From Lepidodermella squamata (taxonomy: Eukaryota > Animalia > Gastrotricha), in contig JBLDXI010000009.1 in NCBI GenBank assembly GCA_047495785.1, positions 3,100,001 to 3,164,000 on the forward strand: 64,000 nt of DNA, given 5' to 3'. Both the position numbers and the translations under genes were made by a program. This document shows positions 13,265-28,611 of this stretch, piece after piece. Under the pieces are notes generated by a model. It worked only from the letters and a program-made list of their open reading frames with translations, made no database searches and had not been told where the DNA came from. The first letter of the stretch is position 1. Each line of letters opens with the position of its first letter.

Positions 13265-16200
13265 ATGGAGAATTTCGCCTCAGTGCCTCATGAACTTGGA
13301 AGCAACTTTGACTATGATAACCAGACCGCCGTAGCTCCATCTGTCGTGGAGGAGGAACAGCAGCAGCAGCAGATTCAAGACTTCTTACAGGGCCCGAAAG
13401 GGCCGTTTATTCTCTACGATTACTTTGTTTCTCTACTCGCTGTTTTCGTCAATATCATCGTTCTGCAGTGCATAATTCGAGCGAGGATAAACTTGACGGG
13501 TTACAAGTATTTTCTGATCAGCCTCGGCCTGTCCGACTTGTACCTGTGCATAGTCAATTTGTGCGTGTTCGCCACGCAGGCGGTTGTTCAGCATTACAGC
13601 GGCGAGACAAGCAAATGCTGGACCCAGGTGTCGCGTTCGCTGCAAATCGTCGGCTTCATGGCTAACTTACTCAACATTTGCGGCATGAGTGTCGACCATT
13701 TCATCGGAATTGTGAGTCATTTTTCGATAAGGCAATAAGTACATACCCGATATGAGAGTAAAAGAACATTATAATTTCCAATAATATACTTGCTAGCCAA
13801 ATGACCAAATGACCAAATAAGCAAAGCTTTGGACTTGATAGCTTTGACTTAATTTGGTCAAATAAAATAAATTTTAATTACCAAAAAACAATTTAATTCA
13901 CCTTTTTAAGAAAGTGAGAAATTCATGAAATTATGATTTTCTGAACTTCAGAAGCCGACAAACTGCTAAATTTTGAAAATGATAAGCCTAAAATATTGCC
14001 GGGTTTTTTTCACCTTGGAACCCGGTACCAATTCAAAGTGCCCAACTAGCAAATATTCTAACGAAATCATGAGAAGTACCGAATTTGAGGCACCTTCCTT
14101 TTTGGGATGAATCTGACTGAAATTCCTGGCTTTTTACCTTATGATCCTAATTCGATGGCTACCCGATCAAGAAACTTGAAAATTTATTAATATTATTTCT
14201 TATCATGTTGAGAATTGGGGAAAACTTCTTCCATTTCTTCCAAACCAACAATTTGAATTCAATTTACCCGACACTGGTTTTTCCAAGAATTAGAAATTTA
14301 CCTTTTTGCCAATCGCACTAATTATTCTAAAAAGTTTGGATCGGTTTGAATTTCGTCAGTTTGCTTCGATTCCCCTCCACAAATACTCCAGGCAAAGAAT
14401 AGTAATTTGTGGAGAATAACCCCATAATAATCAAGTTATCAAGGGACTTCATCACTTCTAGTTGACTTCATCGGATTTCACGTCTAGTTCAAAGGTCATT
14501 AGAGCTCGGAAACCTAATTGTTGGAAAATCGATTCTCTGTAAAGGCTTTGACCTTACCCAGCCGATGGATGGCATTGCCCACCTACCTTATTTGTTTCAA
14601 TATGTTCTAATATCGCTAATACTTGCCCATCCCTAATAGTAGCCCAGGGTTGAGGTGTCAAGCCGGTCCTAAACGTAAATAATGAACGATTCGCCAACAA
14701 TTAATTTTCGAATTTCGCTCAAAATTTTGACGTTAAAATTTTAGTAGCAAGGGCTGTTATAGGAAAAATCCTGCTTTCAACCAGCGAGACAAATTTGACA
14801 CCGAAGGTCATTTTGGATAATGTTAAGTCGCATTTTACTTCCGGATAGTTGAGTCATGTTCCGGATATAAAGACACTGATCGGATGGAAATTTCTCACTC
14901 GGGAAATTAGGTAAAATTTAGGGACAGCAATTTTAGTATAGGAATTCGACAACTAATAATGTTAAGGTGGGTTTTTTATTGTTAGCTAAACAATTTTAGA
15001 TATTTTAATTATCTTCTGAATTAAGTGCGAGGTCGCCGTAAAACGTAATTCAAAATTTCCCGAAATTTTCAGAATTATTCTGAATATTGCGATCTAATTA
15101 TTTTCAGATTTACCCGCTAAAATACCACCAAATAATGACCAAGCGATGCCTCCGCGGCATAATCGTGCTAATATGGACAACAGCCCTGCTCATCGGAACA
15201 GCCGACGTACCCGTCACCTCCTACATGTACTACTCGTCCATGCACGACCGGCCGGCTAGAATCGAAGGCTCGACGACGCCTGATATGATGAGCAACAAAG
15301 CGGCTAACATGAACTGTCCGACGAGCAGCGAGTCGCGGGAGCAAATGATTTCACCCGCGAATCAGCCGCATTCATCCATGGAAGATACAAACACAGACTC
15401 GACGTTGTGGATGCAGGTGATGAACGATTTTGACCTGGATTTCACAGACAACACCCTGCTTAGCGCACTCGAGCGTGACTTGCAGGAGTCGAAGAAAACA
15501 ACCGTTGAGACAACAACCATGTACGAGGTTACTACTGAACTAACAACTAGAAGCAGACGGTCGACAAATCGGAAACTGCTTAGATCGGTTGGAATTTCGA
15601 CTACTATAGACTCGCCGTTGTCGGATTTCAAAACAACAACTTTTGCGACTGTGCGAAAATTTGGGCCGAAAAAACCGAAGAAACCGGCGATTGCCAAGTC
15701 GGCCAAGTCTAGTCTGCTAAACAGAACAGCTCCGGACCTGAAATTAGTTGTGAAATCTAGGAAACCAGTTAGCTCAACAGAACTGAAAGCTCATCATGAC
15801 ACGTAAGTTGATCGAATTTTTAAAATTTAAAATCCTTTTTTGAAATTCAAAAATATTATAGAAAATCGAGAAAAAATCGATTTGTTTCCGATTTATCGAT
15901 TTTGAAAAAATTAATTTGTATTATTTTTATTGAAATTCTGTATTATTTAATTTAATTTTAATTTATTTTAATTTTCAAAAATCACCACTATTTTTTTTCT
16001 TTTAGATCACCGACTGCACCAGCGCCAATTGCTTCTCCTCCTACGGACAATCGTTACAGCTGTTTTGTGAATCAATTTTTGAAGGCTCTTGAGACAATTA
16101 GTGTTGAGCAGAGTTCGCAGAGTTGGTGCAATTTTTACAACACGAGAAACTGGCTCGAATGGGCTGTTATGACGTCGACCGTCATATGCTTCGTCTTCCT

Positions 16201-17759
16201 CGCCGTTTGCTACTGCAAAATCTTCAACGGCGTCTTCTTTCGCGACACTTACGGTCCGAAGAAAAATGTCAAAAAACTCGTCACTACGACGTTTTTGCTT
16301 CTTGGTGCTTTCACAATTTGGTAAGTGAAAAAAAAATCATTAGAAAAAATCCAAAAATTAATTTCGGAATTATTGGTTTTTTAGCTGGCTTCCTTTCATG
16401 TTGTTCGAAATATTCATGGTGAGTTTGACTTTCCTATATAGGCACAGTGGAAACCTGGAATAAATTTGGTTTTTTTAGATTTTTGCCTTGCAAATCAACT
16501 TCAGTATTGCGCATACATCCCCAATGTGAGTGAATTTTCAATTTTCTTCTAGTATATCTAATATTTTTCTCCGATTTTTCTATAGCTTTCTCATTGTTCA
16601 TAATAGTAAGTTCCTTAGACGACAAGACTTGGAAATATGTCTTCAACTTTATTTTCTAGTTTTCAATTCGATGCTCTTATCGGCTCCATTGATTGATCCA
16701 CTTATCTACTCTGCCAGGTTGTCCATAGTTCGAAGGTGAGAGGCTTCCGAAATTTACAAAAAAGTTATATTTTGTCGTAGTAAATCTCAAATTTGGTCTC
16801 TAAGAAGATGATGAGTCTCGGAAATTCACAGTACAACAAATTTAGCCTTTCACATTTTTAGGATTTTATAAATAATCAAAAAAATTCAGGTAAATCCTCA
16901 TCTCCTTAATTTTCTAAATTTTTAGTATATCAGCTGATTTTCATTATCTTGACAATTGGTGTATCTTTTAGCGGCGCCACAAAAAACTTACAAAATAATT
17001 TGGCCCCAAACGCCAGACACGTAAAACGGTGTCATTTCCCGGATAATTCTATTAAACTGTATTGCAGCATTTCCCAGAAGTTGAATTTTGCGACTTCTTG
17101 TGGGCAATATTTTTCGCAATTAAACCTACAAGGAGAGTCGTCCATCATTTTACCCGCGAATTTACCGGAGAAAACCCGGATGGTAACAGGGTCGGTAATT
17201 TTCGCTATTTGTCCCGGTTGGACCAAATTTCTCCGGATTTTTCTTACCCATTTTCCGGGTTTTTTTTCTTTTTTTGCCTCAATTTTTGATCATTAATGAT
17301 GAAATTAATGAAATTAATGATAAAGACACGTTTTCAGACGATTGACTGGCTCAAATTATTTGGTACCACTAAAAGTAGGACTCGTTAACTATTGCGCTTT
17401 AATTAATGATAAATTGACGTGAATAACTTTATCAATAATCTATTTAACATAACGCTTGTTTTTGTTTAAAATGCAGGCATTTAGCGAAGCAAATCAAAGC
17501 TCTGCTTGAGCTGTGCTGGCCGTGCCGCCGCGACGACTTCTACCGGTCTTCGATCGCGCCTCGCAACCGCCGCCGCTCGTCATCAGGCGTGTCCCTAGGT
17601 GGGTACGAAGCCGCCGCCCGCTCGCTCTGCTCCACGCGTCGATCGACCGTAACAAGTACAGATCGCGAGCGATTTCTCATGCCGAAAATGAGCCTTCTCA
17701 CGTTATCATCCGAGCAATCCGCCGTCAACTTGTGCGCAGATCATGGCAAAATCATCTGA
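13265..17759 (+). CDS. Class A GPCR paralog 2 (large ECL2, ~245 aa)
   Basis: Exons ~13265-13711, 15108-15802, 16006-16320, 16385-16418, 16479-16525, 16586-16605, 16660-16735, 17477-17759. Motifs SLGLSDL, MSVDHFIGIIYP, SWC, CWLP, DPLIY. Confidence 0.9.
14590..14770 (+). repeat. Dispersed repeat, second copy at ~59990-60165
   Basis: Shared AATAGTAGCCCAGGGTTGAGGTGTCAAGCCGG...AATGAACGATTCGCCAACAA...AAATTTTAGTAGC...CTGTTATAGGAAAAA in the same orientation. Confidence 0.7.
17160..17275 (-). repeat. Dispersed intronic repeat; copies at ~47013-47075 and ~50268-50345 (opposite orientation)
   Basis: Reverse complement TCCAACCGGGACAAATAGCGAAAATTACCGACCCTGTTACCATCCGGGTTT matches the sequence from 50268. 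Confidence 0.7.
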
Positions 17760-20712
17760 ATCATTGAAGAGAAAAATTCATCTCATCCGCATAAATATTG
17801 TCATTTTCCAAGATTTTAGCATCATTTTATTTGAAATAAATAAAATCATTTTTCAAGTGTTTAGTTTTCCGAAAAAATATCAATCACAGTATTGTTTGGG
17901 TTTTTGTTACCTAGAATCTCCTTTTTTCGATCAACATTTTTTGTCATCACTGTCATCGGTATATTTCGGGTCAAAAATGACAAAATTGTCATTCAAAATT
18001 TGCAATTCGTTGTGGGAATTTAGGGCCATTTTTTATACTAATGCTCATCAATTTTTTTCGTTAATTAAATATAACAATTATTTTTTATTTTTTGGTCCGC
18101 TGTAAACCCATTTTGCACCCAGGTAAAAGGATCGAAGTAACCGAAATCGATTCCAGCTCCATTAAATGACGACACCCAAGGTGCTAAAAAATATGCAATA
18201 ATTTAATTACAAACATGTAGGTATATTAAGTAACTTGTGTTTTTTTGTTCTATATGATTCAACCAATTTTTTCAGATACCGATTTTCAGCCAATAACAGA
18301 GAGCACTTCGGCAGTCACGCGTATTTGATCACCTGCCTGTAAAGATGCCTTAATAGCCTGCGAGTGATGCATCATGAAGCTGAGAGGTGATAAATATTTA
18401 TCAAGCCATTAATGTCGCTTTTAGATCCGCTTTTCGCCAAGTTTGACAAAAATATTACGCAGACAAAAATTGACAGAATTTATTCGCAGAAAGCAGTCTA
18501 AGTTTTTTAGTTTAGGTAGACTTTTTACCCAAAAGACACGTTCTTCTAATAATCTAACTGTCGGAGTTGGTTACCTATACCAGCTAATCTCACACGTGTC
18601 TTGCAATAAGCCAAGAATTATGATTGATTTTTCAGCGCGATAACAACCGTTTTTTTTCTCTAAAATTTTCAGAAAGCGCGTGACATATGGCAGTCATGTG
18701 ATTGCTTGTCGGCAAAAAACAGCGCGATATTAGGCGCAGATTATCTCGTTCACCTTTTTTGTTATTAAACAAATCGACCCCAGTATAGGTCAACCATCTG
18801 TCAATTTTTTTCGTAATAATCTGTATAATAAGTATAGATTTTTTACATAAGTTTTTCTCCGTCTCTGCAAGGCCTCTCTCAATTTTTCATGTCCCGTCTT
18901 CTTAGTCTATTTCCTAATACAGTTGAGAATAAAAATATTATCATTTCTGATCACCTCTTTTGTGCGGAGAAAATAATAATAATAATAATATTATTATTAT
19001 CATTTTGGTGCGCTAAAATTAAGTTTAAGACCAGGATTAGTACGCTCACTTGCACTGTCCCCGGACTTTTTCAAGTAATTTTCTGTTCATGAAATATCCT
19101 TTACGTGTGAAAGTTTATATTTCCGTAATTTATTTCGCGAAAGGTACTCACAGACCTATCTGTTTTGATGAACTATTAATATTTAAAACGTATGAGCTGC
19201 AAAAATGTGGCTTTGATTCCCCTTGTTTTCGCTGTAATAATTGATTTAGCCAGACAGACAGGCGTAACTATTACGAGCTTTTCTCCTTAAATTTTCGATT
19301 TTCTACATTGACTATACTTCCTTACATCAAAACTAGCCTTTTCGCATACGTATCTGATGTTATAATCGCGCTATGCACAAATCGCAAGTTAACGAGCAAC
19401 GATTTATGCATGGAATGAAAATATTATTGGTACACGGCGGAAAAATCGTTCTCCTCTTGAGAGTTCTCACTCTTCATAGGCGTAAATAGAACTCAGTATT
19501 ACCGATTTATTGTTTCCTATACTAAATAGGGTGTATTCGTGGTGTATTTGTGGCAAAATCCACGAGAAAGGCCCAAAATTGTAAGACATTTCGAACGTCA
19601 GAAAATTCGCAATGACGTCAAAGCCCTGGTGTAAAAAAAAGTTGGTATTAATAAAATTCATAAAATTCTACGTGAATTGAATATTCTCGCGCGGAAAATC
19701 AATGGCAGAAGATTTAACGCCTACACCAAGTTGTGAGCCGGTAGTGTGCTGGATCTTTTCACGCACACACAAACATTTTTTTACTAATTTTTTTGCGCGC
19801 GATAACCCCGCGTTCAGTCGATGTAGAATTTTCTGGATTTATTTGATGTAAAAACCGCCAGATTATTCGACAAAAAACTTTCATCATTGCGGTTGGTCCA
19901 AAATTTCTAAAAAAATTACTATTAGGACCTAAGAATTAGATGGGGTCTGTAAGTAATGATAAGATCGTATTGATTGATTGAAGTTTCGATTTTGATGATT
20001 TTCTAAAACGAATTAAAGAAAATCTTATCCTTGAAAAGCGCAAAATATTGGATTATTTTTAAATTGCTCTTATGCATAGTCGGCTTCAATCGAATTGAAG
20101 TAAGTCATAATCGTTGTCCTTCGTTACAAGTGCTACAACCACTGTAATCTTATTTTTTTATAAATGGTATGGTAATCTAGGGCATAAAGTTTGAGTTTCA
20201 CGCGATTCGACGCGAAGCCGCCATTCAATTTAAAGTACCTAATTTTAACATCAGCATCCCTTCTAACTTCTTAATCAGGCACGTTCGTTACATGTTTATC
20301 AACATTCTTTAGAAAATTAGATTAGGAATTTTTTGTCCAGCCATTTAGCTGAGTAGTATATATTGCAGCTACCTTACAGAAATACTTTCGTTTTGCAATT
20401 CGCCGCCTAGGAATGTCTGTTTCAGCCTACTTTCAAGCCCAAGGAATATTTGAAGTATTAGAGTCTATAAGCAGCTTTGAGTTGCTCTCATTTTCGATTT
20501 TCGACCAGAATTCTATTGGAAGCTTATAGCTTTTGTTACTATTTTTAACGCAGTAATTTAATTTTTTTTATTTTTAGGGAAAAATACTAGGATAATGAGA
20601 CTAGTTTTTGAAAATCGATTCGAATTTACGCATTACGGATGTAATTGAGCCATTATTCTCATCCACTCGCGTATATAATACACTGAGTCATTGTTGAGCC
20701 AGAATCTAGAAC

Positions 20713-23700
20713 ATGGCTACCATACTTGATGGCGCGAAAGGTGGATTCATCATCTTTGACTACATCGTTACAGCACTTGCTATTATTGGTAATAATCTCG
20801 AATTTTTCAAATGTTTAATTAATTTCGAAATTTTTGTCTCAAGGCAACTTTTTGGTGTTGGACAGCGTAGTCCGCGAGCGATTCAGCTTAATCGGCTATC
20901 GAAATTTTTTGATATCCCTCTCCATATCTGATTTGTACATCTGTTGTGTCAACATTGCCATGTTCATTCAAAACGCCATGCTTGCCTCGGCGCCGCTTCA
21001 ATACAGCTCAGGCAGCACCAAATGCACGTCGAATATCTTGAGATCTTTCCAACTGATCGGCTATTTTGCTAATTTAATCAATTTATGCGGAATTTCCATC
21101 GAACATTTTATTGGAACGGTACACATTTTTTAATTTTTTTGTTTTAAGTTTGAATTTTTTCTGTGATTTTTCAGATGTATCCCATGAAATATCGAGTGGT
21201 GCGTTTTAGTTTTATTACTTTGACCTACTTTCTATTCGTTTCTCTCGAAAATCTAGGTCATGAGCAAACGCGTTGCTCGAGCTTTCGTAATTGTTGTGTG
21301 GGCTCTATCGATCACTTTTGGTAATTAAAGCGACACCTATTTAAGACCTCAGAATAATTCGATAAAACTCTCAATAGGCATTATCGACTTCCCGATCGCA
21401 GCTATAGCTTTTCATTTCGGAAATGTTGGGACAAAAGTGCCAAAAGTAACTACCTTCGACAACGTCTGGCTGAATGGAACTCGCAATGGGAGCTCTGCGT
21501 TTAGTTACAAACTCGGCGGTGGGGTTGGCGATGGTCAGCTTAGATTAGCAGCTCAAACTACCGAAATCCCACTGGCAATGTCGATTAAATTTAACAACGA
21601 ATCAGCGCCGATAATGGTTGCTCAACCACATGATTTCGTCGCATCGTCTGGGTCAGGGTCGAGAGAAATGATAGCGGCCAGTGGCGAGTCCAGCCCAGAC
21701 GATGAAATCTCGCAAATCGACGTCGAACTGCTTTTAGATGCCATGTTTCCAACAGGGTTTGTAATTTACACAGCCTCCTTAATTTTTTTATAATTTCATT
21801 TTAGGACTAGCCATGATCGCCCGAGTGGGCCTAACGAAAGTGATGCTGAATATGCGCTGAGAAAATTGCTCACCGAGATGAAACAGAAGAGGTCGTCGCA
21901 GGTCACGTGGTGTTCCTATCATTCAAGGATACACATTTGGCTCGAAATCACGGTAAAAAATTGAGCAAACAAATAATTATACGATAAATTTCGAAAATTT
22001 ATTTCTAGGTCATGGCTTTTACGGTGCTGTGTTTTGTCTTCCTAATTATGTGCTACGGCGCCATCTTCAGAACCGTGAGGAGGTCGGCTACTCCTAAGCG
22101 GCGAACCGTAAAACTCACGGTGACTACAGCCCTATTTCTTGGCGCCTTTGCCATTTGGTAAATTATCCCTATAAAAATTCAATTTTTCAATTGATGACAA
22201 TTTTTAGCTGGCTTCCAATGATGATTCACGAACTTGCGATGTTGTGGTACTTGTTCACGGTTCAGCAGAAGCAAGCAAGTTCTGGGTCGGATTTAATGGA
22301 CAGCGGCAACGATGATAGCCTCGTACTTATGTCCAATAACTTTTCATCAACGTAAATTTGTGGAGCAAGTTTACGGATTTTCCAAAATGTTTTACTATTT
22401 TGTTACAGGAGCCTCATGCTACATTCCGCTTTCAATTCACTACTGATTTCCTATCCACTCATTGATCCTATTATTTACGCCATCCAAATTCCTGCAATTA
22501 AAAGGTATATTTATGTCTTATCATGTCGCACCTTATCAAAATTCTGAGTAACGATTTTTTCCATATGTTGAAAAATCTCTCATAATTGGCCATATGGCCT
22601 TGGGTATTCAGAAAAAACTCGAGAGCCCTTGGTGGCTCTCAAGACCCTGAAAAAAGAAGTTTTTGGCTGGCAAAATATAGTTTTTATGTTAACCTGGTTG
22701 TTATACCTGGAATTCGAGCGATCATAAATTAGGGATTTTCCTATAATTAGCCTTAGAGAAATGAAATTTTCCTCTGATCTGAAACCTTGATGTAAAATGA
22801 TAATGAACTGATCTAAAACGCCGAGCGAGCTCGGTGCAGCCAAACGAGCCGATTTCGTTGATATTTTGTTATCAACCAAGGGCTAATTTTTTACTGATAT
22901 GAAAAGGAAGGCGTCATCGAATACCGAGAGGGTTAAATTTTGCTATCGTTTCCCAAAATTTGCGGAAAAACGCCAATCAAATTGGAAATTTCTTGAAACG
23001 AAAATTTTGTTCCCCACTTTTAAGGCGGACTTCTTTTTATTAATTTTTGCAATTAATTCATTTCAATCAAGCGGACAATCAAGCAGAGAAATTAGCCGAA
23101 TTAGCTCGTTTTTCAGTTTCTCATAATCAATTTAAAATATCCGCCTTAAGATTTTAATTTTGATTTTACGCCTAAACTATTCAACTTCATCTCCCTGAAG
23201 ATGATTTCTGTTAGAAATCGAAACGTCGGAAATAAACTGTTAGCGCTAAATTTCATCAACCGTTTGTAATTCATTTCAAGTGTGCAATCTGATAAAAAAA
23301 AACCAAGTTGACGGCAGGTTCAGAAGAACAAAATAAATAATATTTTGTTGAAACTACTTCACAGAGAGGGCAAATACCCTGAAAATCTAAGGAATTCAGG
23401 AACTGCGTACGTTTGAATACTTTGCTTCGAAAGCTATAACAATTTTCATTTTTTTCTACTTGATTTTTTCTTGAAAATTTTGCCAAGCTTTTCTATTTAT
23501 TTTAAACGTGACATAATAGTGTTTTTATTTTAATTTTAGGCGGATTCTACACCGATACGCCTGGTTTTTGCCTTGCGTGCAGAACTATATCAAAGAATCG
23601 GCGGGAATTCATCGAAGCACAACGATGACGAATGACCATGCTGATTCATTCGCGAGACAACGCTCGCCGCAAACCAGCGTCGCGACAACAGGCGGCGCAA

Positions 23701-24311
23701 CGAGCCAGGTTGCCAATGACAACAACAACAGTAATAACAACAACCTCGACGCCGATTCTTTTATCGGACCCCTAATGCGCCACTCTTCGCCTAATAACGC
23801 CGGGGGTGGTGAAAAAGCCTCGGTCAGTTTTTCAAGTTCGAATGACAGCAAATCGCCGCATCGCCGGTTCAGCGCACCTGACCAGGATGAGGCTAACACA
23901 TCGACCAGTGAAGCGGAACAGCTGAGTGATAGAAAAATCGCGGCTTATTCATCCTTCAAAACAGGCGATGATGATGAGGATGAAGAAGAAGCTGAGTTCA
24001 ACAGCATCTATTCAAACACCGAAAACCAAAAATCAAGCGTAGTCGCGCTGATTAAGGCGACAATTCCGATAAGCGAGACCGCGTTTATTTCGCCTGGCAA
24101 TAAGGTTGCTAGAGCGCAGTCGCTATCACCAACGGACTCACTCAATCGAGCAGGCCTAGTTGCGCCTAATCGATTGGAGCAGTACTTGGAGCGGAAAAAC
24201 AGCGAGCGAAATGTATCACTGCTTAGCAATCGTCAGCCGGTTTTGACCGCCACGTTGAGTGTGCGAAGAACTTTGCCTACCCTTGAGTACGTCGACGGAG
24301 TCGAACCGTGA
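20713..24311 (+). CDS. Class A GPCR paralog 3 (large ECL2 without the extra Cys pair; long C-tail)
   Basis: Exons ~20713-20788, 20844-21118, 21175-21198, 21257-21320, 21378-21756, 21805-21952, 22009-22157, 22208-22351, 22409-22504, 23540-24311. Motifs SLSISDL, SIEHFIG, TWC, CWLP, DPIIY. Confidence 0.88.
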
Positions 24312-27300
24312 TGAACCGTTTATTAACTTGATGACGGGATCAGAAATTTGCTATAAATTATTGCCCCATGATTTTTTATATAAATGAATCACAATTTTAA
24401 TACTGATTGTCGTTATCAAATAAAATGATAATAAAAACGTTGATAACCGCGCTTCAGATTATTGAGATCAGAGATGAAACTTGACAAATTTTCAGATTTT
24501 CGTCAAATTTATTTAAGATGGCTTCTTTTACCGCAGTTTGCCTGTATTTGAGGATTCAAAAATGGGTGGTTTTGGGGTGACCCCTTATCGCTTATCGATC
24601 TATTTGGTGAAAGTGATAGTACACAGCCTTTGCGTTTCTGAAAGGTCCCCAGGATAGGCAATAATAGTGATTTTTGACATTTTTTACAACTACTTGGCAC
24701 GTTGCCTTGTTTTTGGCCTAGTTTTCCAATTCATGCTCACTTTTTTATATGATGCTCACTGCAATCTGATATTGCTTGCCATATTTATACAAGCCAAATC
24801 TTGTTATAGCCAAACTACTACTGATTCATTAGCAGAATATCTTCTAGCGGAACCTAATTTTCGATAGGCAAAAGGTCGATTTTCGAATATTTCCACGTAA
24901 TTAAGGCACGTTGTGAATTCTATTGTGAAGAATGCGTCTTACACAGAATTTTACGCTGAATTTTAAAGTGATTTATCTAGAATTATGCTGATCAATCATG
25001 ACATCATTGGAAGTTTCGAAAATTGGATTCAGTCCAACATTTGGTTCCGCTAAAAGTAAGACCCATTCATTAGCCATTTTGATTAAGATAGCCAGTTCGA
25101 ATGATTTGCATTGATTTTTTGAAGAGGATCCGTGATTCCTAATATTCAAAGTTGGGATTTTTTTCGGTCTGAATAATAAATTCCCATTTTGCACCTGAAT
25201 TTCACGTGAATGCCCTGCATGTACCATTTTTTTGTTTTTCCTTTGAATGTATACAGTGAGAGCAACTCTTGGGGGGAATGGCCACGCTAAATTTCATCAT
25301 AAATGTTTATTTATGTTGGAGATCGTCGGAAACGAGGCTGAAAAGCCCTAAGCAACCTCGGCAAAACTCATTTACTCGCAATGGATTACTGCTTGCTCCC
25401 TAAAAGGCAATGTTGATACTTTGATGTATATGACTGAACGGCGAGATAAATAAACTCATGAATTACCAGGGCATAGTGTTTTTAATAGGGTAATATTTAT
25501 ATGCCGCGTTGTTGATGATGATTAAGGTGGTCCGAAATCGGCTCCGAAAGTGCACTGAGTATAATATTTTTCAAATTTGGTTACAATCTCCCCTTACCTT
25601 AAGTTTCAAGTTTACAATATACAGAGGATTTCTATGCCCATGGAAACCATGTTATTACCTTTCAGCACCTGCAAAGCTAGGTCGCCCTGCCAAAAAACTA
25701 TTTCCCTGGACCTGTGCGTGAAATTGCTAGCAACCTGAGCAACCCCTCTGATAGGCTCTCCAGGTTGGGCACTTTTTTCTTTTTAAATTTTCCCGCTGCA
25801 AAATTATGTAGTCGCTGTTGTCAGATATTGGCACTATATAAATGGGAAATATAAAGCAATTAAGCGGAGATCGATATTCGACATTTGACCATCGAGTGTT
25901 GAGTGCCCTAATAATTCTGGCAATTATGGCAATTATGGCCAACTTCGGAAGATTATTCCATGATAAACACATATTTTCCGCTGATGCGCGGCCAAATTTA
26001 TCCCCATATGCGCTATTTCTGCATGTTTTGCAGCCTCCGCCTTATACCGGGCTATTACGCTGCTGCCAGGATTACTGGTTTACTTGACGTGGGTACGTTA
26101 TTGCAGCATTGGGGCGAATAATCGAAGAGTTAACCTGAATTTGAACCCAATGCATATAGAACGTAAATGTCCTTGAGAACTGGGCATTTATGCCTATCTT
26201 GGCAACATGTCTCTTTTGCTTATTATTCCCCGACTAAACAGCCGTATACGCATTGACGACTTTGACGACTTTGAACGCCTTCTTCGTTAATTTCAGCCTT
26301 TTCAAGTTTTAAATTCTAGATCACTTTTTTCAAAGGCCTTTTCAATGGTTGTATGTATACTTGACCTGGGAAATATTCCACACGGGCTTTTAGATGATTA
26401 TAAGTTTTTCACGCGCAAAAAACCACTTCAAGCCTCAAGTGATGACAAGCTCCATGACACGGCTACTTTCTCGCAAAAAATCGCATAGGCAAATATATAA
26501 ATGGAGAATGCCCTTTTCGAAAATAGTCTCACCCGGAGACATAACGCTTCATTTTACGGTCATTTCTTCAAGGTAAAAAGCAAACAATGCTGCATGATAG
26601 CTATGCTTTTTTTGCGACGAAGCGTTAAATTAACCCAACTTTAATAGTACAGCCTCCTAATTTAGTGTGACATGTCATTATAATTCAAATTTTTAGCAAG
26701 CAATAATGGCAAAATTTAATTAAAAGGCAGGACCGAAATATTTAGAAGGCACGTGCCATCTAATGTTAAATGACAGCAAATTATCTAAAAAAATTGCCAT
26801 GAATAATTTTTCAGCTGTGCTCATTCTATATTAGAAGCAATCTGCCATTGGTTTAATACTTGAAATTCGATCACCCTTAACTATTTTTTCTGCCACTATA
26901 CTTTCTCTATTACGACGCCTGAAATTGCGTTAATTTTTCGCTTTTGTTATTAAGGAGGATTTTTTATTAATTTATTTCGGAAGCCAATTTCGCTTAAAGT
27001 GAGCCTTAAAAAATGAACTGAAGAAAAATATGGTAATGTGGGACATTCAGGATCTTAAGTCTCGCTAAACATCCGCGTAATTATGATATCCGGCGCCGAA
27101 CTTGTTTTTTTGACCTATATCCATCATCAATTAATAGTTGCCAACAAATATTAAGCTTCTGCGTATAATATATTATTGTGATGTCTGTTTATTGAATGAA
27201 TTGAAATACATCTCTTTTTCATGATGTTGGAAAAAACGGAAACCTTGATTTTGACAAATTGTTGCTATCAGCCAACACTCAACATCGCGTATTAAAATAA

Positions 27301-28611
27301 CAGAGCAGCGCTTGCTATTCGAACTTGATTCGAACCGGCCGGTTGATGCAGTTGAGTGAAATTTTCAACTTGCGCTTTATTATCGTGATAATAATCTATT
27401 ACTGCGGGTGCGCGTATCGAATTTCGTCACGCATGGCTGCGCTTTACTACAAACAGCGCCTATATATTGTTTTTTTGTGGTGTTTTCTTTACCGCTTTTT
27501 GCACGTTGTAATTGTTAAGGTAAGATACTCGATTGTTTACCCAGATCGCCCCGCATTACAATTACATATTATCGTGTCTGCGCACCTTTTTCCTTCGAGT
27601 AAGTATAGAATTAACGCTAATGCTACCTATATAACTACTACACATCATGTTCTATACCACACGAGACATTTAGACAAAAAGGTATGGATATTACAGGCCA
27701 TAGCGTGTTATTAAAAAAATTCCTCATCGCATCAACGCGAGTTTTATCTCCTGTTCCAAGATTATTATAACCTTCCCCGTTATATTATTATATTAATACT
27801 TTTTCACGTACACTTTTAACACCCTTTGGCATAAGAGCTTGTCGTAGTTTGAGAAATAGGATTTTAGGCCGTGTAATTTAGGCTTGGCCTGCTGGTTCTG
27901 TTTTCGATTTTAACCTTGAAATTGAAAATTGCTTGGATTTTTTTCGAAATTAAGTCGCCATGTCCTTTCAATATTTGAGGTGTGAACGCGTAATATTGCC
28001 TGCTGCACTGTATAGCAAAAGCAAACTCTGTCAACCCTCACATTCGCGTTGTCGCGTGCTTCTTTCACTATACACACGCGACTTCTATACAAATGCAGCA
28101 GCAAAATTTTTTCAATTAACTGCCCACTACAAGGCTTTTTTAGGCTTTATCCACAAATATGTCTAAATTTAAAATCATTGAAGGTCCTCATCTTAATTAT
28201 ATTTTCCTTTGGGCAGCCATTTTTAATCCAACGTGAAAACATATCGATTGTTATAAGGCATTCTTTTTCAAGCATCGCAATTTTCTGTATTTTTTTAATA
28301 AAATTTTTGTTTTCGCGTGATAGCACCGTCAAGTGGCCACTCGACCCTCGCAATTATCACCCCATCTCACGAAAATCGTCGATTAACGATAATTTCGCCT
28401 AGACGCATCACTTGTTATTTTCTTTCATTTCCCTGGCAACGCACCAAAGTTAAACAAGACTCACTTTGCTAATTAAAGTGATATTTAAAGAATTTTTTTG
28501 GAAAAATAGGAACTATCGAATTTTACAGCGTCATCTCGACGTAATAATATGGCTATTTTACGAGCCATTATTTTGTTGAGCGTTCAACTTTGATCAAACC
28601 GCGACACCGAA

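Noticed and set aside
25727-26290. Minus-strand Cys-containing fragments faintly like a thrombospondin repeat (EGVQSRQSRQC...ETCCQDRHKCPV)
   Set aside because: In-frame stops, no WxxW motif and no coherent splice model; support is too weak even for a pseudogene call.
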